Positions 13,804 to 19,802 of a stretch of 19,802 nt of DNA are shown in pieces. The DNA comes from Fidelibacterota bacterium (GTDB taxonomy: Bacteria > Fidelibacterota > Marinisomatia > Marinisomatales > S15-B10). A program made the translations under genes and the position numbers. Below the pieces are notes generated by a model. That model did no database searches. It was not told where the DNA came from and saw only the letters and a list, made by a program, of their open reading frames with translations. The stretch lies in contig JBHIAI010000021.1 of NCBI GenBank assembly GCA_046861655.1, positions 1-19,802 of the forward strand, read 5' to 3'. Each line of letters opens with the position of its first letter. The stretch's first letter is position 1.

Positions 13804-16006
13804 GGGCCGTGACCCCTTTCCGGGCTTTCATGAGCTGTGAATCCATGAGGTTTTCTTCAAGAAACCGGTGAAGATCCCCTCCATTGGGGTCCCTTTCCCT
13901 GGATGACTTGAAAATCATTTGATAGCGGTAGTATTGACGGATTCTTTCAATGGGGCACGGCGCGGGCCCCAGTATGAGTACTGAGGCGGGAGCTTTCCCC
14001 AGCCCGTCGTGGAATGTCATAGCCTGCCGTTCCGTCTCCAGTCTGTCTTTGCCCCTGAATTCCACCTTGGCCATCCATCCGAAAGGGGGATACAGCAATT
14101 CCTGCCGCTCATCCAGACACATCCTGTAGTAGCTTTCCAGGTCCCGTTCGGCCGCCAGCCTGATGGGGGCGTTGTCGGGATTGTTGGTCTGAATGACTAC
14201 CTCCCCGGGTTTTCTTCCCCTCCCTGAGCGGCCGGACACCTGATAGATCAACTGAAAGGTACGCTCACCCGCACGAAAATCGGGCAGATGAATACCCGTA
14301 TCTGCACTGATCACCCCCACCAGCGTTACGTTTTCAAAATCGAGACCCTTGGCAATCATCTGGGTTCCCAGAAGGATATCGTGTTCCCGGCGGTTGAATC
14401 TCTCCAGAATCCGCACGTGGGCCCCCCTCCGGCGCGTCGTGTCCAGGTCCATCCGTACCAGACGGATGTCCGGGAATTGCTCTGTTAGTCCCTCTTCCAC
14501 CTTCTGGGTCCCAACGCCCCCAAGGGTAACACGGGTCCCGCCGCAGGCATCACAGGTGTCCGGCACCGGCTTCCGGAAATTGCAGTAGTGACACTTCAGG
14601 GTGTTTCCGGCCTTGTGGTAAGTCAGGGAAATCTTGCAATTCCGGCACGTCTCCACATGACCACAGTCCTGACAGGAAACAAAAGGGGAAAATCCTCGAC
14701 GATTCTGGAGAAGGATGACCTGTTCCCCTCTGTTCAATCTTTCCCCAATCTTCTGGATCAGCAGCCGGGACAGGGTGAGGTCATACTCCCCAAGATCTTC
14801 CCTCTCTTTCATCATGTCCACCATATGAACCCGGGGATATCTGGACTGGCCGAACGGGGTGTTTATTTGAAGGTAGTTCAGCGTTCCCATCAGGTGATCA
14901 TAGTAAGATTCCAGGCTCGGAGTGGCGCTTGCCAGAACGACGAGGGCCTGGCTCAACTTGCCCCTCATGAGGGCCACGTCCCGGGCATGATACCTAGGAG
15001 CCGGCGCTTCCTGTTTGTAGGCATTCTCCTGCTCCTCATCCACCACAATAAGCCCCACATCCCTGACGGGGGTAAAGATGGCACTGCGGGCTCCCACCAC
15101 CACACTGAAGGCGCCGGCACACATCTGCGTCCACGTCCAGGCCCTCTCCGAAGGAGTCATCCGGCTATGCCAGATGGCTACCCGGTTCCCGAAGACTCCC
15201 CGGAACCGGCCTGCAACCTGGGGAGTCAGCGAAATCTCAGGCAGAAGGACAATGGATTTGCGGCCCTGACGCTCCGCCTTGCCAGCCAGATGAATGTAGA
15301 CCTCCGTCTTTCCACTTCCCGTTACTCCATGCAACAGACAGGGACGGTACAGCCGGGCGTTCAGTCCTGCCTCCAGCTCCTTGACCACCTTCTCCTGATC
15401 CGGGGTAAACACGATCTTCTTGTGAATGGGTTCAAAACTTAACGCCGACGAATCGGGAGGCCTCGATTGTCTGACAAGGGTTACCAGTCCCTTCTCTTCC
15501 AGGGCCCGGCATTTCTGGAGGGGGTTCTTGACCTCGGTCCTCAAGGCATTTACCGGAAGGGCCTCCGGACTCTTCTCAAGGATCTTGATAACCTGGAACT
15601 GTTCTGGAGCCTTCTTTTCCAGCAGGGAAAGGTCCTTCTTCGATATCCCGTTCAAGCGGACAATCATCTCCGCGGGGGGAACATACGATCGGGTCAACCC
15701 CTGGGGAACGGCCGTGCGCATCACCTGTCCCAGGGGAGTGAGATAGTGGCGACTCACCTGGTTCAGGAGCTCCCAGAGCACACCGTCAAAAATAGGGGCT
15801 TCGTCTACCACCCGGGAGATGGCCCGGGTTCTCCCCCTGAAAGTCAGCGTCTCATGGAGGTTCACGATCACACCCTGGACGGTTCGTTTGGGACCGAAAG
15901 GGGCCCGGACCCTCACCCCGATCTGGGCAACCGGTTCAAGGTTCTCAGGTACACGGTAGGTGAATACTTTGTAACTGGAAATGGGAAACGAAACGTCCGC
16001 AAACAC
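13772..16006 (-). CDS. priA: Primosomal protein N' (replication restart helicase)
   Basis: 744 aa. N-terminal FTY.VP...G.RV..PFG; Walker A LHGVTGSGKTEVY; LLPEISLTPQ; VVGARSAIF; VDEEQE; PRYHARDVA; SATPSLES; four CxxC zinc-binding pairs; GTQMIAKGLDF; QVSGRSGRG; LGPAP. Confidence 0.97.
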   Translation of the reverse strand: MFADVSFPISSYKVFTYRVPENLEPVAQIGVRVRAPFGPKRTVQGVIVNLHETLTFRGRTRAISRVVDEAPIFDGVLWELLNQVSRHYLTPLGQVMRTAVPQGLTRSYVPPAEMIVRLNGISKKDLSLLEKKAPEQFQVIKILEKSPEALPVNALRTEVKNPLQKCRALEEKGLVTLVRQSRPPDSSALSFEPIHKKIVFTPDQEKVVKELEAGLNARLYRPCLLHGVTGSGKTEVYIHLAGKAERQGRKSIVLLPEISLTPQVAGRFRGVFGNRVAIWHSRMTPSERAWTWTQMCAGAFSVVVGARSAIFTPVRDVGLIVVDEEQENAYKQEAPAPRYHARDVALMRGKLSQALVVLASATPSLESYYDHLMGTLNYLQINTPFGQSRYPRVHMVDMMKEREDLGEYDLTLSRLLIQKIGERLNRGEQVILLQNRRGFSPFVSCQDCGHVETCRNCKISLTYHKAGNTLKCHYCNFRKPVPDTCDACGGTRVTLGGVGTQKVEEGLTEQFPDIRLVRMDLDTTRRRGAHVRILERFNRREHDILLGTQMIAKGLDFENVTLVGVISADTGIHLPDFRAGERTFQLIYQVSGRSGRGRKPGEVVIQTNNPDNAPIRLAAERDLESYYRMCLDERQELLYPPFGWMAKVEFRGKDRLETERQAMTFHDGLGKAPASVLILGPAPCPIERIRQYYRYQMIFKSSRERDPNGGDLHRFLEENLMDSQLMKARKGVTAHVDVDSVSFL

Positions 16007-16025
16007 GGTTATGAGGAGTGCATTC

Positions 16026-16490
16026 CTACGACTTTATGACGTAGACCTTCACTGCTCCCTCTACTTCCGGGTGAAGTTTGACAGGAACAGTATACACGCC
16101 CAGGGCTTTGATAGGTTCCTCCAGGAGAACGTCTTTCCTGTCCACCGTAACTCCCTGCTCCTTAAGGAGATCCGCGATAGTCATGGCCGTCACCGATCCG
16201 AACACCCTGTCTTCTTCCCCCACCTGGACCGGGGCCGTAAGCTCCACCTGCTGAAGTTTCTCACTCAGCTTACGAGCCTCCTCCGCCCTCTTCTTTTCTC
16301 TGATTTCCCCTTTTTTTCTTTCCTCCTCCGCCGCCCTGAGATTTCCCGGAGTGGCCGGGACGGCCAGACCCCTGGGAACAAGGTAGTTCCGGGCGTATCC
16401 AGCTTTCACCTGCACCAGATCCCCGGCTTCACCCAGTCCCTCAACCGCTTTCCGCAGAATGACTTCACTCCCCGAACCTTTCGGTGACAT
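16026..16490 (-). CDS. rplI: 50S ribosomal protein L9
   Basis: 154 aa. EVIL..V.GLG..GD.V.VK.GYARNYL.PRGLA, FGSVT, PIKALG, VKLHPEV. Strong SD (GGAGGT) upstream of ATG 16490. Confidence 0.97.
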   Translation of the reverse strand: MSPKGSGSEVILRKAVEGLGEAGDLVQVKAGYARNYLVPRGLAVPATPGNLRAAEEERKKGEIREKKRAEEARKLSEKLQQVELTAPVQVGEEDRVFGSVTAMTIADLLKEQGVTVDRKDVLLEEPIKALGVYTVPVKLHPEVEGAVKVYVIKS

Positions 16491-16509
16491 TTCTTACCTC
16501 CCCTGGCTT

Positions 16510-16533
16510 TAGAAGTGCAAGCCTGCGCTTCTA
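16510..16533. other. Inverted repeat between rpsR and rplI, including the rpsR stop codon
   Basis: TAGAAGTGCA-AGCC-TGCGCTTCTA: 10-bp arms with one imperfect pair. Confidence 0.5.
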
Positions 16534-16761
16534 TGAATAGAATTCCTCACCTGTGGCGGACAACAAAGCGATATTGCGGGCCCGCTTAATGGCCCGGGTC
16601 AATTCTCTTTGATGCTTGGCACAAGTACCGGTGACGCGGCCGGGTATGATTTTCCCCTGATCGGTTATGAACTTCCGCAGCAACTTGACATTCTTGTAAT
16701 CAATCACCAGATCCCGGTCTTCACAGAACTTGCAGATGCGCCGCTTTCCCATCACTGGCAT
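16531..16761 (-). CDS. rpsR: 30S ribosomal protein S18 (zinc-binding C+ type)
   Basis: 76 aa. RRICKFC, IDYKN..LL.KFI...[32 protein letters not shown] upstream. Confidence 0.97.
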   Translation of the reverse strand: MPVMGKRRICKFCEDRDLVIDYKNVKLLRKFITDQGKIIPGRVTGTCAKHQRELTRAIKRARNIALLSATGEEFYS

Positions 16762-16764
16762 GGT

Positions 16765-17118
16765 CTATCCTCCTTTCTGTGTACTCTTTTCCTCAACCGC
16801 CTTGGACCGGGGCTCCTCGTCCAGATGAACTGTCATATAGGCAAGGATGGCCGAATTCAACTCCAGCCATTTGTTTAGCTCCAGGATGAACGGGTCGTGG
16901 GCAGGATCCGGGGGCTCCACGCCGAAATGCAAAAGTACATAGGTACCGTACTGCTGGGAATCGACGGGATAGGCCAGCTTTCGCCGCCCCCATACGTAGG
17001 AATTGATGATCTTCCCTCCGTTTTGGGACACCCAGTCATCCACATCACTCTGTATTTTCCCCAGCCTCTCATCCTCGTAGTCTGGGTTGACAATGTAAAG
17101 GGTTTCATAGTATCTCAA
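16765..17118 (-). CDS. rpsF: 30S ribosomal protein S6
   Basis: Start placed at TTG 17118 (MRYYETLYIVNP), 117 aa, with AAAGGAGG 7 nt upstream; WGRRKLAYPV, G.Y.L..F; canonical rpsF-rpsR-rplI order. Confidence 0.95.
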   Translation of the reverse strand: MRYYETLYIVNPDYEDERLGKIQSDVDDWVSQNGGKIINSYVWGRRKLAYPVDSQQYGTYVLLHFGVEPPDPAHDPFILELNKWLELNSAILAYMTVHLDEEPRSKAVEEKSTQKGG

Positions 17119-17125
17119 TGTTCTT

Positions 17126-17138
17126 CCTCCTTTAGGAG
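17126..17138 (-). promoter_or_regulatory. rpsF Shine-Dalgarno site and overlapping short hairpin
   Basis: mRNA strand reads CTCC-TAAA-GGAG-G; the SD (AAAGGAGG, 17133-17126) can pair with the upstream CTCC. Confidence 0.6.
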
Positions 17139-17146
17139 TGTCACTC

Positions 17147-19195
17147 TTAGAATAATGGGGCAATGACCAGTGACACCACAGACATGAGCTTGATCAGAAT
17201 ATTTAGTGACGGACCGGCCGTATCCTTGAACGGATCTCCCACCGTGTCTCCCACCACCGCTGCCTTGTGTGTGTCGGATCCCTTGCCTCCCAGATGACCC
17301 GCTTCGATGTATTTCTTCGCGTTATCCATGGAGCCGCCGGCGTTAGCCATGAAGATGGCCAATAGAACCCCGGTGACGGTGACACCTGCCAGAACACCTC
17401 CCAGCATTTCCGGTTTCTTAAGCACGAGACCGAAAAAGACGGGTGTCAACACAGCCAGCAGTCCCGGTGCGATCATTCTCCGGATGGCCGCAGCCGTCGC
17501 AATGTCCACGCACCTGGCATAGTCAGCCCTCCCCTTGCCCTCAAGAAGGCCCTCTATTTCTCTAAACTGTCTTCTCACCTCACCGATCATTTCGAAGGCC
17601 GCCTGGCCTACCGCCTTCATGGCAAAAGAGGAAAATACGAAGGGGAGCATTCCCCCGATCAGGAGACCCGCAATGATATCCGGCTGGCTCACGTCCAGGG
17701 AAAGATGATCTATTCCCAGGGCCCTGGCAGCCGTTTCCCGGTAAGCGGCGAACAGGGCCAGGGCGGTCAGGGCCGCCGATCCGATGGCGAACCCCTTGCC
17801 AATGGCGGCCGTGGTATTGCCCACAGCGTCCAACCGGTCGGTCCGCTCCCTGACTTCAGACGGAAGTTCTGCCATTTCCGCGCATCCACCGGCGTTGTCC
17901 GCGATGGGTCCATAAGCATCAACACTGAGCTGAATCCCCGTTGTGGACAGCATTCCAAGGGCGGCCATGGCGATGCCGTATAGTCCAGAAAAATGGTATG
18001 CCACAACGATAGTCAGGGCAATCGTCAGGATGGGAAGAGCGGTGGAGGCCATCCCGTTGGCCAGACCCGAAATGATATTGGTGGCGGGTCCCGTCTGGCT
18101 GGCTTCCGAGATCGCCCTGGCCGGCTTTCGCCATTCGGACGTGTAGTATTCAGTGAAAATTCCCACCAGGACTCCGGCCAGAAGACCGGCGACGGTGGCC
18201 CAGAAGATGTCCAGGCCCGTTACCTCCTGGCCTGACAGTATCACGCCCTCGGGCACCCTGTTCCTGATGATGAAAAAACTGATCACCAGCATGGATACGG
18301 CGGCTCCGTAAGCCCCCGTATTCAGAGCCCGCTGAGGATTTCCCCCTTCCTTTGTCCGGACGAAAAACGTTCCCAGAACGGAAACCAGAATACCGGCTCC
18401 GGCCAGAGTGAGCGGCAACATCACCAGGCTTCCCACCCCGGCCGCCGCGGCCAGGACCATGGCCCCGATGATGGACCCCACGTACGATTCAAACAGGTCC
18501 GCCCCCATGCCGGCCACGTCGCCCACGTTGTCCCCCACGTTGTCCGCGATGGTGGCCGGATTCCTGGGATCGTCCTCCGGAATCCCGGCCTCCACCTTCC
18601 CGACCAGGTCGGCACCCACATCGGCCGCCTTCGTAAAAATGCCTCCTCCCACCCGGGCGAATAAGGCGATAGAGGAAGCCCCCATAGCGAAACCGGACAG
18701 AAGGGTCATCACTTCAGCCAGATCCGCCCCTTCTCTAAATCCGCCGTACAGAGTGAACAGAGTCCACAGACCAATGACACCCAATCCCACCACGCTCATG
18801 CCCATCACCGAGCCCCCGGCAAAAGCCACCGAGAGCGCGGCATTCAAACTGCCCCGGGCGGCCTGCGTGGTGCGGTTATTGGCCAGAGTGGCCACCCGCA
18901 TCCCAAACAGTCCCGCCAATCCACTGCACAGAGCACCCACGCCGAAGGACAACGCTACCAGACCCGTGCCCCGGGCTGCGTTGCCCCAGACCAGAAGGGC
19001 CGCCACAGCAATGACGAATATGACCAGTACCCTGTATTCCCGGGCCAGAAAAGCCATGGCACCTTCCCTCACGGCTCGCCCGATTTCAACCATCTTTTCG
19101 TCCCCAGGATCCTGTCTGCGAATCCACATCGACCGCCACCAGGCATACCCCAGGGCAACCAGGCCTGCCAGGGGAATCAGATAGACCGCTTTCAC
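17147..19195 (-). CDS. hppA: Membrane-bound pyrophosphatase, K+-dependent, probably Na+-translocating
   Basis: Start placed at GTG 19195 (GTGA overlap with the pth stop), 682 aa. [87 protein letters not shown] (Ala form = K+-dependent), [24 protein letters not shown]. Confidence 0.96.
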   Translation of the reverse strand: MKAVYLIPLAGLVALGYAWWRSMWIRRQDPGDEKMVEIGRAVREGAMAFLAREYRVLVIFVIAVAALLVWGNAARGTGLVALSFGVGALCSGLAGLFGMRVATLANNRTTQAARGSLNAALSVAFAGGSVMGMSVVGLGVIGLWTLFTLYGGFREGADLAEVMTLLSGFAMGASSIALFARVGGGIFTKAADVGADLVGKVEAGIPEDDPRNPATIADNVGDNVGDVAGMGADLFESYVGSIIGAMVLAAAAGVGSLVMLPLTLAGAGILVSVLGTFFVRTKEGGNPQRALNTGAYGAAVSMLVISFFIIRNRVPEGVILSGQEVTGLDIFWATVAGLLAGVLVGIFTEYYTSEWRKPARAISEASQTGPATNIISGLANGMASTALPILTIALTIVVAYHFSGLYGIAMAALGMLSTTGIQLSVDAYGPIADNAGGCAEMAELPSEVRERTDRLDAVGNTTAAIGKGFAIGSAALTALALFAAYRETAARALGIDHLSLDVSQPDIIAGLLIGGMLPFVFSSFAMKAVGQAAFEMIGEVRRQFREIEGLLEGKGRADYARCVDIATAAAIRRMIAPGLLAVLTPVFFGLVLKKPEMLGGVLAGVTVTGVLLAIFMANAGGSMDNAKKYIEAGHLGGKGSDTHKAAVVGDTVGDPFKDTAGPSLNILIKLMSVVSLVIAPLF

Positions 19196-19800
19196 GAATC
19201 CACCTTCTCCCATTTTTCCATTCTGTTGAATTCACTCATGGTCTTCTCCAACCCTCGATTGAGTATCGATTCCACGGCATCGCCCCCATGGACCACCATT
19301 TCCCTGGCCAGAGGCTGATCCTTCCGCCGGAAAGGCTTCAATACATAGTCTTCGGCGGGACGAAGAGGTTCTGACGTGGCAATCCCCATGCGAATCCGAG
19401 GAAACCGGGTGGAACCCAGTTGAGTGATGACCGATGCCAGTCCTCTATGGGAGGCATCCCCACCGCCGGGCCGGATCCGGAGGGTCCCCAGGGGAAGATC
19501 CACATCGTCCACGATGATGAACAGGTCGGATAACGACAGATCCCAGGCCGACTGGATCTCCTTCACACCGATCCCACTCTGGTTCATTCCCGGAGTGGGT
19601 TTGGCTACAACCGCCGGGACCGCCGGACCGTCATCTTCAGACGGCATGAAATCGTGTTCTGCGTACACATACCGGCCCCTGCCCGGACGAAAGGAGAGAT
19701 TCCACCGCCGTGCCAGTTCGTCCGCGACCCAGAATCCAAAATTGTGCTTGGTGGCAGCGTACTCCGGCCCCACGTTGCCGAGCCCGATAAACGCAATCAA
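19192..19800 (-). CDS. pth: Peptidyl-tRNA hydrolase (start at window edge, cannot be confirmed)
   Basis: [19 protein letters not shown]...[43 protein letters not shown]. Confidence 0.95.
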   Translation of the reverse strand: MIAFIGLGNVGPEYAATKHNFGFWVADELARRWNLSFRPGRGRYVYAEHDFMPSEDDGPAVPAVVAKPTPGMNQSGIGVKEIQSAWDLSLSDLFIIVDDVDLPLGTLRIRPGGGDASHRGLASVITQLGSTRFPRIRMGIATSEPLRPAEDYVLKPFRRKDQPLAREMVVHGGDAVESILNRGLEKTMSEFNRMEKWEKVDS

Positions 19801-19802
19801 CC

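Noticed and set aside
17119..17163. ORF-track extension of rpsF (and the similar extension of hppA to 19213)
   Set aside because: SD position and family N-termini support TTG 17118 and GTG 19195.

Overview
Gene-dense, moderately GC-rich bacterial chromosomal window. No mobile element, CRISPR array or RNA gene was recognised. The PorQ/PorV-like barrel suggests a diderm FCB-group organism, possibly Marinimicrobia-like (inference only). Left part (+ strand): NAD-salvage pair pncB (PRK07188-type nicotinate phosphoribosyltransferase with a helical insertion) and pncA, separated by an 8-copy TTACGNN heptamer array; a secreted HAO-family octaheme cytochrome c; and a 3'-truncated BNR/beta-propeller gene. 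Middle: a divergent pair, FAD/NAD(P) oxidoreductase (-) and a signal-peptide-bearing pcm (+), each with a clear sigma70-like promoter. Right 13.9 kb (- strand) is one tightly packed co-directional run: pth, K+-dependent (probably Na+-pumping) membrane pyrophosphatase, rpsF, rpsR, rplI (no ssb), priA, PorQ-like barrel, aldo/keto reductase, MMPL/RND transporter, LolA-like periplasmic carrier, DUF1302-like outer-membrane barrel, MATE transporter. The best candidate for an uncharacterised system is the MMPL + LolA-like + beta-barrel (+ MATE, + AKR) module, which looks like a trans-envelope lipid or hydrophobic-molecule transport pathway of unknown cargo. All family calls come from motif recognition, not database searches.
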